Shown one piece after another: positions 1-9,687 of a DNA stretch of 64,000 bases. Each line of letters opens with the position of its first letter. Positions within the stretch are counted from its first letter, which is position 1. A program made the position numbers and the translations under genes. The notes below the pieces were generated by a model, which searched no databases, was not told the origin of the DNA, and saw nothing but the letters and a program-made list of their open reading frames with translations. This DNA is from Alphaproteobacteria bacterium (lineage in GTDB: Bacteria; Pseudomonadota; Alphaproteobacteria; CAAHEQ01; UBA3637): assembly GCA_045613285.1 (NCBI GenBank), contig JAZLAQ010000035.1, positions 4,670-68,669 on the forward strand, written 5' to 3'.

Positions 1-381
1 ACCGTCTTTTTGCAGACGTTTGGCTAATTTGGCAGAAGATGTTGTTTTACCCGATCCTTGTAAACCAACCATTAAAATAACATTTTGCTGATGCGGAATC
101 AACTTTAATGGTTCAGATTCACCCAGTAATTCAACCAATGAATCATTGACGATTTTAACAACCATTTGTGCCGGAGAAACAGATTTAACAATTTGTTCCC
201 CGATGGATTTTTCACGAACCTTGGTAATAAAGTCTTTGATAACAGGCAGAGAAACATCGGCTTCAATCAAAGCAATCTTAATTTCACGCATGGTTTCATC
301 AACGGCTGATTCGGTTAAAATACCACGATGTGTCAGCTTGTCAAAAACAGCGGATAATTTTTCACTTAAACCTGCAAACAT
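1..381 (-). CDS. ffh: Signal recognition particle protein Ffh (SRP54 GTPase), N-terminal part; gene continues beyond window start
   Basis: Reverse-strand translation from ATG at 381 gives MFAGLSEKLSAVFDKLTHRGILTESAVDETMREIKIALIEADVSLPV...VGLQGSGKTT, the Ffh N-domain plus start of G-domain (Walker A GSGKTT); RBS-like AAGGAC upstream. Not in the ORF track because it runs off the window. Confidence 0.8.
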   Translation of the reverse strand, partial: MFAGLSEKLSAVFDKLTHRGILTESAVDETMREIKIALIEADVSLPVIKDFITKVREKSIGEQIVKSVSPAQMVVKIVNDSLVELLGESEPLKLIPHQQNVILMVGLQGSGKTTSSAKLAKRLQKDG

Positions 382-613
382 AACTGTCCTTTCTTTATCA
401 CAAAACCTTACATAAACTAATGGCACCAATGGACGCACCCGCGTTGATTGATGTATCTCCGTAGAGACTAAAACCCTTAGCCATATTTGGAAATTGTGGT
501 TATTTTATCCTATTTACAAAGGAAAGTCAAGTCTTTTTTATCTAAAAAGTATTTTTGTACGGTTGACAAGAATATCGGAATATGATAAAAGTTTTTCCAT
601 GGAGGCTCCTAAA

Positions 614-1432
614 ATGAAAAAATTACCGATAAGTGTGGGCATTTTGTCTTATAAAGCACATAAGACAATTGAAAAGACATTGCAACAATATGGAGATTTT
701 TTATCTTACTTTGAAGAAGCAAAGGTATTCTTTCAATGTTTTTCTGAACAAGATAAGGAAATTGCCGAAAAATACCGGATTGCTTATGAAGGGCGACCGG
801 ATAATATTGGTATTCAGGGTGGAATGCGTTGGGTTGCTGAAAATTTAAAAAGTGATTACATTCTCTACATGGAAAATGATTTTCAGTTATTGACAGATAT
901 TCCGACAGCTTTGGCAGAAATAGAAAAGGCTTATCGTTTGGTGCAGGAGAACAAGGCTGATATTGTTCGTCTTCGTTCCCGTTTTTCGGCAGGCGAACCG
1001 TTTAATGATGTAAAAAAATACACACGTATATTTAAGCCTGTTTCCATTCATCCGAATTTTAAGGATTTTTCAAAGATACAAAAAACAAATCCTATTTTAA
1101 AATATCTGCGTCCGATGAAAGCAAAAAAATTATTGGCTCGTTCTTTATACATAGAAGAACATCCGGAAAAGTTATTTCCAAAATATATTAAACACGAAAA
1201 TGGTTTTTATTTTGTAGATTCCTCTTGTTTAAATTGGACGAATAATCCGACAATTACAAAAAGAGAGTTTTTCTTAAAATTATTGGATTATGCAGATGCT
1301 CATCCATCCAGCCGAACTGTTGGAGGTATGCAGGATTTTGAAAAGCCATTAAATTGCAGATGGTGGCGTCAACAACACTTTAAAATTGCCGTCAGTGAAG
1401 GTATTTTTACACATTGCCGGTTAGATCGGTAG
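614..1432 (+). CDS. Putative glycosyltransferase (GT-A/GT2-like); start moved to internal ATG with GGAGG RBS
   Basis: N-terminus MKKLPISVGILSYKAHKTIEKTL resembles GT2 starts; acidic DxD-like segment ILYMENDFQ. Weak family assignment. Confidence 0.4.
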   Translation: MKKLPISVGILSYKAHKTIEKTLQQYGDFLSYFEEAKVFFQCFSEQDKEIAEKYRIAYEGRPDNIGIQGGMRWVAENLKSDYILYMENDFQLLTDIPTALAEIEKAYRLVQENKADIVRLRSRFSAGEPFNDVKKYTRIFKPVSIHPNFKDFSKIQKTNPILKYLRPMKAKKLLARSLYIEEHPEKLFPKYIKHENGFYFVDSSCLNWTNNPTITKREFFLKLLDYADAHPSSRTVGGMQDFEKPLNCRWWRQQHFKIAVSEGIFTHCRLDR

Positions 1433-2353
1433 AGTATCTTGTATCTGAAAGTGGTGTTCAATAAATAAACGGGGTAGTTGATGATTACTATCGGATTGAA
1501 GTACACCTCTGTCAGATCTTTCCCGGTTGATTGGATAGATGATAACAGCACTTTGGAAGTTTTTATGTACCATTTCATCTGAAACAGTGTCATGGTGGCC
1601 ATAGGGATATGAAAAATGAATACAGGGGACACCTAGCCATTTTTCTAATTTTTGCTGGCTTTGAATTATTTCATTTTTTTTGTTTTTCTGGTTAACTCTG
1701 TCCATATGAACATGGTGAGCTGAATGAGAACCGATTTCACATAGACCGCTGTCCAGCATATCTTTTAATTCAGCTACAGAACAGGCATTTTCACAATGGT
1801 AACGTTTAAAATTCGGTTTTTCTTTAGGACATAAAAAAGACATAATCTGATGGCCGTTGAACCAAAATAAAAAACGTTTTAAATATTTAAATTTTTTCCA
1901 TAATTTTTTAAATTGTTTTGGTTTTTCTGAATCGGAAATAGGCATTTTTTGTACGTAATCACATAACAGTGTCATACCATCCATTTCGGGTAATTTACAG
2001 TATTTAAAACCATTTTCAATTAAATCTGTGGCGATATAAAAGACAAAAGGAATACGATACTTTTTGAAAATCGGATAAGCATATGTATAGACATTACGCC
2101 ATCCGTCATCAATAGTGATAACGATATTTTTATGTTCTTGGTTATCTGATTTGTCTTGTAAAAATTGTTTCATCGATACAAATTGATAGCCTTGCTTTTG
2201 AACAGATAAAATCAAATTTTCTAAATAATCCGGTGAAACGGTTAAACCACGATACAGGTTTGATACGGTTGTTTTATGAGAATCTGGTTCTATACAGTGG
2301 AAACCCCAAATAATACCTTTTTTTATCATAGTGTTATATCCTTTCTTTTGCAA
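1421..2353 (-). CDS. Polysaccharide deacetylase (CE4/NodB family)
   Basis: NodB motif 1 TIDDGW and a His-rich motif GSHSAHHVH in the 310-aa ORF. Confidence 0.65.
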   Translation of the reverse strand: MQKKGYNTMIKKGIIWGFHCIEPDSHKTTVSNLYRGLTVSPDYLENLILSVQKQGYQFVSMKQFLQDKSDNQEHKNIVITIDDGWRNVYTYAYPIFKKYRIPFVFYIATDLIENGFKYCKLPEMDGMTLLCDYVQKMPISDSEKPKQFKKLWKKFKYLKRFLFWFNGHQIMSFLCPKEKPNFKRYHCENACSVAELKDMLDSGLCEIGSHSAHHVHMDRVNQKNKKNEIIQSQQKLEKWLGVPCIHFSYPYGHHDTVSDEMVHKNFQSAVIIYPINRERSDRGVLQSDSNHQLPRLFIEHHFQIQDTLPI

Positions 2354-2540
2354 ACAGTATAAACTTTTTTTCTAGAAAAACAAGAAAAATTCTTGCAATT
2401 TGAAATAAAATTTGTCATAAAGAATAGAAGTGATTAGGAAAAATAAGATGAAACGAGTGGCCACCTATTTTATCGGAAATGACCGATTGGTAATCGGTTG
2501 TGGCAAACTCTCCTCTCTATTGGGAAATGATGAAAACCTG

Positions 2541-2570
2541 AACTCTCTGAAAAAACAGAGGGTTTTTATT
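2541..2570 (+). promoter_or_regulatory. Terminator-like hairpin in the pyrG leader (possible attenuator)
   Basis: AACTCTCTG-AAAAAA-CAGAGGGTT stem (9 bp with one GU) followed by TTTTTATTTT, about 30 nt upstream of the pyrG start; no + strand gene upstream to terminate. Confidence 0.35.
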
Positions 2571-2598
2571 TTAATGTTAAATGTGAAGGAGTATTGAA

Positions 2599-4242
2599 AT
2601 GACAAAATATGTATTTATATTGGGTGGGGTTGCCTCTTCTTTGGGAAAAGGAATCGCTTCAGCTGCAACAGGCAGTCTTTTAAAAGCGCGGGGGTATTCT
2701 GTTCGGATGCGAAAAATGGATCCCTATTTGAATGTGGATCCGGGGATTATGTCGCCTTATCAACATGGAGAAATTTTTGTGACGGAGGATGGTGCCGAAA
2801 CGGATTTGGATTTAGGACATTATGAACGTTTGGCTGGTGTGAACTGTCAAAAAACGGATAGCATATCCGGTGGACGAATCTATTATAATGTTATTCAAAA
2901 GGAACGACGTGGTAATTATTTGGGGGCAACAGTTCAGGCTATCCCTCATGTAACAAATGAAATTAAGGATTTTATCAAATCCGATTTACATGATGAAGAT
3001 TTTGTTTTATACGAAATCGGTGGAACGGTTGGGGATATGGAAGGTCTGTTGTTCTTGGAAGCCTTACGCCAATTTGCTAATGAAGTTGGTCGTCAAAATG
3101 TATGTGTCTTGTTTTTGACGTTGTTACCTTATATACCGACAGCCGGTGAATTAAAAACAAAGCCAACACAACATGCCGTTAAAACGTTGATGGAATCGGG
3201 AATACAGGCAGATATTCTGTTGTGTCGCAGTCAAGCCCCACTGGGGACGGATGAACGCCGGAAATTGGCTTTGTTCTGTAATGTTGAACCAGATGATGTT
3301 GTTATGGCTTTGGATGTGGATAATATTTACAAAATTCCTCTGACTTATCATCAGGAGGGATTGGATGTTCAGGTTTTAAAACATTTTGGTATGCTTGAAA
3401 GTGCACCGGAACCTGATTTATCTTTGTGGGAAAATATTTCAAAAGTTATTCAAAATTATGAAAAAGAGGTTCCCATTGTCGTTGTCGGTAAATATTGTGG
3501 ATTGTTGGAAGCATACAAGTCTTTACATGAAGCCATTATTCACGCCGGTATTGATACACAAACCAAAGTAAAAATAACATGGATGGAAGCTGAAGATTTA
3601 GAAAAACTATCTCAGGAACAGGTAAATGAAGCCTTAAAACCGTATGCCGGTGTTTTAATCCCCGGAGGGTATGGACCACGTGGTATTGAAGGGAAAATTA
3701 AGGCTATTCGATATGCCCGGGAACATAAGGTGCCTTTCTTTGGTATTGGGTTGGGTATGCAAATGTCCGTTGTGGAGGCTTGTCGCAATTTATTGGATAT
3801 GACAGATGCTGGTTCGGCAGAATTTGGAAATAACTGTACACCGGTGATTTCTCAAATGGTTATAACGGAAGAAAATGGTGTTCGACAAATCCATCAGGAT
3901 AATACTAATCCAAATGGTCCGTCCAGATTAGGAGCTTACCCGTGTGTTTTGAAAAAAGAAACATTAGCTTCTCAAATTTATGAAGGGGCAAAAGAAATAA
4001 AAGAACGTCACCGCCATCGTTATGAAATGGATATAAATTATGAACGGGCTTTGGCTGGGCAAGGTTTTATTGTATCCGGAAAGTCACCAGATGGGTTATT
4101 ACCGGAAATCGTTGAAATACCGATGCATCCTTTCTTTATTGCAGTTCAGTTCCAGCCCGAATTTACGTCCCGCCCCGGAAAGCCAAATCCGATTTTTAAA
4201 GCATTTATTAAGGCTTCTTTGAAACATAAATATTTGGTTTAA
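2599..4242 (+). CDS. pyrG: CTP synthase
   Basis: MTKYVFILGGVASSLGKGIASA N-terminus, glutamine amidotransferase C-domain (GYGPRGIEGK, HPFF); 547 aa. Confidence 0.95.
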   Translation: MTKYVFILGGVASSLGKGIASAATGSLLKARGYSVRMRKMDPYLNVDPGIMSPYQHGEIFVTEDGAETDLDLGHYERLAGVNCQKTDSISGGRIYYNVIQKERRGNYLGATVQAIPHVTNEIKDFIKSDLHDEDFVLYEIGGTVGDMEGLLFLEALRQFANEVGRQNVCVLFLTLLPYIPTAGELKTKPTQHAVKTLMESGIQADILLCRSQAPLGTDERRKLALFCNVEPDDVVMALDVDNIYKIPLTYHQEGLDVQVLKHFGMLESAPEPDLSLWENISKVIQNYEKEVPIVVVGKYCGLLEAYKSLHEAIIHAGIDTQTKVKITWMEAEDLEKLSQEQVNEALKPYAGVLIPGGYGPRGIEGKIKAIRYAREHKVPFFGIGLGMQMSVVEACRNLLDMTDAGSAEFGNNCTPVISQMVITEENGVRQIHQDNTNPNGPSRLGAYPCVLKKETLASQIYEGAKEIKERHRHRYEMDINYERALAGQGFIVSGKSPDGLLPEIVEIPMHPFFIAVQFQPEFTSRPGKPNPIFKAFIKASLKHKYLV

Positions 4243-4285
4243 AATTATTATTTTTTTCTAGACATCTCTTTCTTTTCGTGTTAGT

Positions 4286-6283
4286 ATGGCGAAAAAAGGA
4301 GGTGTCTGGATGTTTGGTTTATTGAAAAATGAACGGGGTGTGTCGGCCGTCATCATTATACAACGGATTTTTCTGTTTTGTATAACTTTTACGGTTTTGT
4401 TTATTATCGGGAATTGGTTTGTACGTGTTATGTTTTTTGATTCTGTTGCCGATTCTACGGTAAAAGAATTATACAGTCGGGCTATTGCTGCATCCAGTAC
4501 ATTGATTGCTGGGGATGTTGAATTATCTAACGGAACAATGGGTAATGTAACAAAAGAAGGCTTTCCTGTGCGGGTTTATCGGGTTAATAAAAATTTTTTT
4601 GAAATTACATTGTCAGGTATCCCTCATAAAGTTTGTCAGCATTTGATTGAAAAAGATTGGACTGTTCCGACCTCATTATACATAAATGGGACTTTAAATT
4701 TTAAAGACAAGAATGTTTGTCAAAAACAAAATATTATGTCTTTTGAATTTAGTACTGATTTAAATGAACATGTTTCGAATTCAGAAAAACCTTTCCGGTC
4801 TCATTGTCGATCAGATGCCGATTGTAATGGGTGTGAAGCTTGTTGGGGCGGATTTTGTCAGACATCCTGTAATGCTGGTGAAACGTGCGCTAAAACTATA
4901 GCGGGAAAAGATGTCTGTTGTTCAGAAAACAATAATATAGACGGGATTTGTTGCTCTTATATACAAGATGGTATGTGTTGTTGGGGGAGGGGAAAATGTT
5001 GTCCGATGGATAAACCGATTTTCCTTGAGAATGGCCAGTGTGTTGATTGTTATAGCCAACGGGTATTTTCTGTCGGTAATCCGCCATCTTTAGATACTTG
5101 TCAGGCCTTATGTCCTAATCGAGTTTTTTACGGTCAGGATTCTCTGTGCTACTTACCAATTTGCGGGAGTGGTGAGTTTATGGATATGAACGGAGATTGT
5201 TTATCTTGTCAAGTTGGAGGGGGATTTATGGTTTCTAAAGCTGAATGCAATAAATGCCCAAATCGCACTTATCGGGATGGTCTGTGTTATAATACATGTC
5301 CGGCAAACACTGTTCTTGATGAAAAAGGGAATTGTATATCTTGTAGTGCACCTGAAAGTTTTATCCCGGATAAAAAAGAAGAATGTCAATCTGTTTGTTC
5401 TCAAAGATACCTAAACGGAAAATATTGTGCATTGAATGAGTGTCCTGCTGATTTTATACCAGATAGAGATGGTTCGTGTCATTCTTGTAAAACATCAGGC
5501 GTAATCCCAAATGTCAGTAGTGAAAATTGTGCTTTGTGTGTCGGACGTGAAAATGGTGTGGAAGGCTGTTCTGTTGTTTGTCCAGAAGGTAGTTTTAAAT
5601 CAATTTATGGAGATTGTTATCCCTGTGAAACTCCCCTTGCAGTACCGACAAAACCAAATTCATTAGAGTGTTTATCTTGTCCGGAACGAATGATGTTGGA
5701 AAATTATTGTTTTGCGCCATGCTATTTAGGGTCTTTCCGAGATACATTTGGAGGATGTTATTCCTGTCAAAGTCTGGAAAGTCGATTGGTACGGGAAACT
5801 TCGGCTTGCCATGTTTGTCAGAATAGAAAAGTTCAGATTAAAAGTATCAATGGTCAAAATGAATTTTATTGCGGTTTAGCCTATTGCCCAGAAAATTATT
5901 TTGCTGATAAAAACGGTTCTTGTCAAGATTGTATGTCGGACCAGAGCTTTGAAGGTGTCAGTGAACAGGAATGTTTGAAATGTGCTAATCGTGTTTGGAC
6001 AGCTGTCGGTCAAAAGTGTCAGTTGCGATCAACCTGTAAAGAAGGTGAAATTATTGATGCTGACGGTAAGTGTCAATCTTGTACACAAGATACCTATGCT
6101 ATTTTTATGGAAGGTCGTATAGAAGAATGTGATAAGTGTGCAAATCGGTATAAATTTGGATCTTGGTGTCGGATGTGTCCGACTGATATTACCACATTGA
6201 AGGATAAAGCCGGATGTCAAAAATGTGGCGGAATTTGGGATAATCGGATAGCAAATTGTTCTTTGGCAGTCGCAGAGAAATAG
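4286..6283 (+). CDS. Cysteine-rich tandem-repeat protein with N-terminal hydrophobic anchor and pilin-like head domain; paralog of 58740..59870
   Basis: N-terminal TM segment, then a ~100-aa domain alignable to the pilin-like protein at 58740..59870 (…SGIPHKVCQHL vs …TKIPADVCEHI), then ~12 repeats of ~37 aa with 6 Cys each (DGxCxSC…ECxKCxNR…C…CP). Confidence 0.6.
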   Translation: MAKKGGVWMFGLLKNERGVSAVIIIQRIFLFCITFTVLFIIGNWFVRVMFFDSVADSTVKELYSRAIAASSTLIAGDVELSNGTMGNVTKEGFPVRVYRVNKNFFEITLSGIPHKVCQHLIEKDWTVPTSLYINGTLNFKDKNVCQKQNIMSFEFSTDLNEHVSNSEKPFRSHCRSDADCNGCEACWGGFCQTSCNAGETCAKTIAGKDVCCSENNNIDGICCSYIQDGMCCWGRGKCCPMDKPIFLENGQCVDCYSQRVFSVGNPPSLDTCQALCPNRVFYGQDSLCYLPICGSGEFMDMNGDCLSCQVGGGFMVSKAECNKCPNRTYRDGLCYNTCPANTVLDEKGNCISCSAPESFIPDKKEECQSVCSQRYLNGKYCALNECPADFIPDRDGSCHSCKTSGVIPNVSSENCALCVGRENGVEGCSVVCPEGSFKSIYGDCYPCETPLAVPTKPNSLECLSCPERMMLENYCFAPCYLGSFRDTFGGCYSCQSLESRLVRETSACHVCQNRKVQIKSINGQNEFYCGLAYCPENYFADKNGSCQDCMSDQSFEGVSEQECLKCANRVWTAVGQKCQLRSTCKEGEIIDADGKCQSCTQDTYAIFMEGRIEECDKCANRYKFGSWCRMCPTDITTLKDKAGCQKCGGIWDNRIANCSLAVAEK

Positions 6284-6374
6284 AAATTTTTTTGAAAAAT
6301 TAAAAATCTGTCTTTTTGTGCAAAAAAAAGTTGACTTTTAAAAAAAAGATTGATATGATGGAGTCCGTTACCAT

Positions 6375-6462
6375 GGGGCGTTGGCAGAGTGGTAATGCAG
6401 CGGATTGCTAATCCGTCATCCCCTAAAGGGATGCAGAGGTTCGAATCCTCTACGCCCCGCCA
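6375..6462 (+). tRNA. tRNA-Ser (anticodon GCU), class II with long variable arm, CCA encoded
   Basis: Acceptor GGGGCGT/ACGCCCC, anticodon loop TTGCTAA, T-arm AGAGGTTCGAATCCTCT, long extra arm CCCCTAAAGGGATG. Confidence 0.9.
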
Positions 6463-6470
6463 AATTGGAC

Positions 6471-6496
6471 AAGTCGTCTAAAAAGGCGACTTTTTT
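6471..6496 (+). terminator. Rho-independent terminator after tRNA-Ser
   Basis: AAGTCG…CGACTT hairpin followed by TTTTTT. Confidence 0.4.
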
Positions 6497-6763
6497 CCAA
6501 TTCCGATATCAATTCATTCCACGCTACCGCTTGAATTCATTGTATCTCATTGCTTTGCGCATAAAAACAATTCACCGGATTGTTTTTATTTTGCGCAGTT
6601 ATCAATGGGTTAAGCTGGTTCGATTGTTGTTCGGTCAAAAAGTACCTATTTTTGTAAACATTCGAACTCCTTATTTAATAAATACTTGATTTTATTATGT
6701 TTCATTTTTTTTTGTATCTATTTAAAGGGGGTACCGACATTCAAACATTTTATAATTTATAAA

Positions 6764-6792
6764 TTGACTTTGTAGTTGTTTAATGATACAAT
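6764..6792 (+). promoter_or_regulatory. Sigma70-like promoter upstream of LRR gene (TTGACT-17-TACAAT)
   Basis: Near-consensus -35 and -10 with 17-nt spacer, about 20 nt upstream of the 6814 start. Confidence 0.3.
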
Positions 6793-6813
6793 CAAAACGA
6801 GACTAGTTTAAAA

Positions 6814-7467
6814 TTGGAGTCATTTATGTACGAAGATCATACGATAGAGAAAAAGTATTTACATAATTTTTCCGACAAAGAAAAAGAAGTTTTCTATCAT
6901 CAACACAAAAAATGGGAAAAAAATATAGCTGAATATGAAGGAAAATTGTATGAGCTCATTTTTTCGGATTCTCCAGCCATCTTTGCAAACTATGAACCAA
7001 AACCGAATACTTTTTTGGAAATTAGGTATGTTCTGAATAGGATTAAGGCCAATGATCCTAGAGATACAGCTTTTGAATTAGGACCGATGGATAATGTTCC
7101 GAATGCAGATAGACTCGCTCTTGATATTGCAAAAGCTTTTCGTGAAAATACAGTTTGTAAAAAAGTTATTTTAAGCGGAATTGGTTTGACGGATAATGGT
7201 ATAGTGCCTGTTTTATGCGCCTTAAGGCATAATCAGCTGGATTTATTGAATTTGAGTCATAATAGATTTGGAAAGGCCTCTATTCAACAAATTGATAAGA
7301 TTTTGTCAAATCCTGAAAATAAATGGAAGCAAGTGTATTTGGGGAAAATAGAAGCAACACCAGAACAGAAAAAAGCTTTAGAAAGACATCAAAATCTTTC
7401 TTTTGTTTCTGTATCTCCAAAACAAAAGATATCACATATCTTGAGAGAGTTGTTTCAAAGACAATAG
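6814..7467 (+). CDS. Leucine-rich repeat protein (ribonuclease-inhibitor-type LRR), eukaryote-like; paralog of 10163..10816
   Basis: RNI-type LRR units (VILSGIGLTDNGIVPVLCALRHNQLDLLNLSHNRFG); 217 aa; about 55-60% identity to the second copy. Confidence 0.7.
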   Translation: MESFMYEDHTIEKKYLHNFSDKEKEVFYHQHKKWEKNIAEYEGKLYELIFSDSPAIFANYEPKPNTFLEIRYVLNRIKANDPRDTAFELGPMDNVPNADRLALDIAKAFRENTVCKKVILSGIGLTDNGIVPVLCALRHNQLDLLNLSHNRFGKASIQQIDKILSNPENKWKQVYLGKIEATPEQKKALERHQNLSFVSVSPKQKISHILRELFQRQ

Positions 7468-7503
7468 TTCCCATTATGCACAGAATTGTCCGCCAAAACA
7501 GAT

Positions 7504-7530
7504 AAGTCGTCAGGAATGACGACTTTTTTA
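7504..7530 (+). terminator. Rho-independent terminator after LRR gene 1
   Basis: AAGTCGTC-AGGAAT-GACGACTT hairpin plus TTTTTTA. Confidence 0.45.
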
Positions 7531-7865
7531 TAGGCGTGGATGAGATGAAAAATGAAGTGAGAGATTCTTTATATTTTCTATATTGATATTACCACGGATC
7601 TGGGCGATGCTGAAGGAATATGATGGCACGATACTTCAGGGATTAGGCTTATGTGGTTCGATTTGTTCTTTTTGTTTTTGCAATTGGATTGCGGATTTCC
7701 TAATAAAAAATAGAAAAATTCAAAATATCAGTAAGGGCGAGTGGTTTTTCATTGGTATAATGATTATTGAAACGATTGTAGCTTTTTTTCCTTTTTTTGA
7801 GTTAATAATATTTTTGATATTTTGAATCCGTTCGGTGGAATTTACTAATTCAATGCTGGTAATAT

Positions 7866-8297
7866 TTACTTTTTTTCTAAACTTTCACGCCAATCTTTAC
7901 CATTAATAAGAAGTTGCTTTGCAAGTGGTTCACTCCCTTTGTTGTAGGAATATACAACTTCAAAAATCATATTTGTTGTATTACGACGCCAAAATAAGCT
8001 GTCCAATTCTTTTGCATTCTTTTCAGGAATATAAAAACGGCATTGTCTACCCCAACGAGCTTCCTTACAAAATTCATCTTTTGGACAAACACCGTCTGAA
8101 AACTGAGAACAATCCGTCCTGTTCCAATCAATCGTATATTGAATATAATGTCCCGATAATAAATCCCTGGGATCATATCCTGTCACAGCAACCTTGATTT
8201 CTTTTCCCATTGCCTGTTGTGTATAAAGATACATGGTCCATGCAAATAATGTGATAAAAGGAATAAAAAATGCGATTGCTAAAATTTTCTTATTCAT
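7866..8297 (-). CDS. GDYXXLXY-family membrane-anchored protein
   Basis: N-terminal signal/TM then DPRDLLSGHYIQY segment resembling the DPxxLxRGDYxxLxY signature; overlaps the upstream DUF2157-like gene by 8 nt (operon). Confidence 0.5.
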   Translation of the reverse strand: MNKKILAIAFFIPFITLFAWTMYLYTQQAMGKEIKVAVTGYDPRDLLSGHYIQYTIDWNRTDCSQFSDGVCPKDEFCKEARWGRQCRFYIPEKNAKELDSLFWRRNTTNMIFEVVYSYNKGSEPLAKQLLINGKDWRESLEKK

Positions 8298-9243
8298 GGA
8301 ATACCCCCATTGCTTTGATATATTTTGATGTTTTCTTGAGTAAATATAAAACGCCTAATAATAAAATACCGCCAAAGATAAATCCTATACCAGACATAAA
8401 CAGATTACCGAAACGAGTGACAAATAAGAATAAAATATATAATTCCACCAAACGTGTATCTTCGATAAAGTATCTCATATTTTTATTTTTTGCATCCAAA
8501 AGCAACCGAATGCCCAAAAACACAAGTACAAAAAGATTCGCAAATCCATTTTTAAATCCGATAAAACCACCTAAAAACACTGCGGTAAAATACATACAAA
8601 CAAAACAAAAGTATGAAAAGGCTTTTGGTAAGACAATAATTTTATTAGTAGATTTATATAATTGTTTCCCTGCATATGTTAACAAAGCAAAAACAGAAGT
8701 GGTTACTATAAGAAAACTTAATTCATCTTTCATAAAATAAATTAACCATCTGAGTAAATGACCAAAATCAACGGCAGAAAAAAGTAAACACAACCAAATT
8801 ATATTGATAGGGATTAATTTGCTAAAAATAATGAAAATAAAACTTAGGATTGCCCATGTTGTTGCAAAAGATTCCCAACCACCATTTAAATTAAAAATTT
8901 GAGCAATAAGCCCTATTGTTGCACCGACAAATAAAAATGAAAGAGCTAGAAAAAATTCTTTTAATGTATCTTTTTTATTTAAAACGCTCCAATATGTTCC
9001 ATACAAAATACCAGCCCAAATGCCGAAATCACCTAACAATTTAATCGGAGCCGGAATATCATCCCAATTTGCTCCTATAATTAAAATAAATCCTAAACCG
9101 ATAAGTAAACCCGCAATCCAATACATCAACTTCCAAGCCATATTGGAGTTGTTGGATTGTTCAGAAAGCATAATTTTTTCAGCTTGTTTTTTAGAAATCA
9201 AACCTTGATCCACCCATTTTTGTAATTTATTTGATATTTTCAT
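8290..9243 (-). CDS. Polytopic inner-membrane protein, DUF2157-like (usual partner of GDYXXLXY proteins)
   Basis: Cytoplasmic N-terminus MKISNKLQKWVDQGLISKKQAEKI followed by about 9 predicted TM helices; conserved gene pairing with the GDYXXLXY protein. Confidence 0.5.
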   Translation of the reverse strand: MKISNKLQKWVDQGLISKKQAEKIMLSEQSNNSNMAWKLMYWIAGLLIGLGFILIIGANWDDIPAPIKLLGDFGIWAGILYGTYWSVLNKKDTLKEFFLALSFLFVGATIGLIAQIFNLNGGWESFATTWAILSFIFIIFSKLIPINIIWLCLLFSAVDFGHLLRWLIYFMKDELSFLIVTTSVFALLTYAGKQLYKSTNKIIVLPKAFSYFCFVCMYFTAVFLGGFIGFKNGFANLFVLVFLGIRLLLDAKNKNMRYFIEDTRLVELYILFLFVTRFGNLFMSGIGFIFGGILLLGVLYLLKKTSKYIKAMGVFHE

Positions 9244-9658
9244 TATTAATCCTTCTTTTCCTGTAAAATAATATATTTTCGATGTATATCATATATTTTT
9301 TCCTATTGCAACCCAAAAGTATTTTTTGGGTTCATGTATTACAAGGTGTTTCTAATTAAAACAGATAAGTTTTTTGGGGTAATGATTTTTATTTGTTTTA
9401 TGTTTTAATGGATTTACAACGGTTTGAACTTTTGATGATTTTTTATTGCAATTGATTAAGGAATATATTAAAATATAGCTAAGAAATTTGATAGTCTTTG
9501 AAAGGATTGCTAATAATGATTAATGATTTTATAAATTCAAAGCAAAACGATCATAATGGAGGTGGAAGTAATAAAAGATGCTTTCTGTTTAAAAATTATG
9601 TTTTGTGGTATAGTATCTGTAAGGAAGAAGAATTAAAAAAAAGAATATTTAGAAAATA

Positions 9659-9687
9659 TTGACAAAATTGCAAAAATATGTTATGAT
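9659..9687 (+). promoter_or_regulatory. Sigma70-like promoter (TTGACA-17-TATGAT)
   Basis: Consensus -35 with 17-nt spacer upstream of ORF 9734; a second TATAAT lies at 9706-9711. Confidence 0.3.

Noticed and set aside
146-415. 89-aa + strand ORF at the window start
   Set aside because: Antisense to the clearly coding ffh N-terminus (Ffh motifs on the minus strand); spurious.
3151-3351. Short antisense ORFs inside pyrG, mfd (11070..11453 etc.), dnaX (20018..20648), rpoD (43749..44375), virB4, uvrA and the RND gene
   Set aside because: All lie opposite well-supported conserved genes and have low-complexity translations; typical AT-rich antisense noise.
6405-6689. 94-aa ORF overlapping tRNA-Ser
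   Set aside because: Begins inside the tRNA-Ser gene and runs through its terminator; the tRNA call is far stronger.
7583-7825. 80-aa ORF between LRR gene 1 and the GDYXXLXY gene
   Set aside because: Cys/Phe-rich low-complexity translation in an AT-rich spacer with no RBS; likely non-coding, not listed as a feature.
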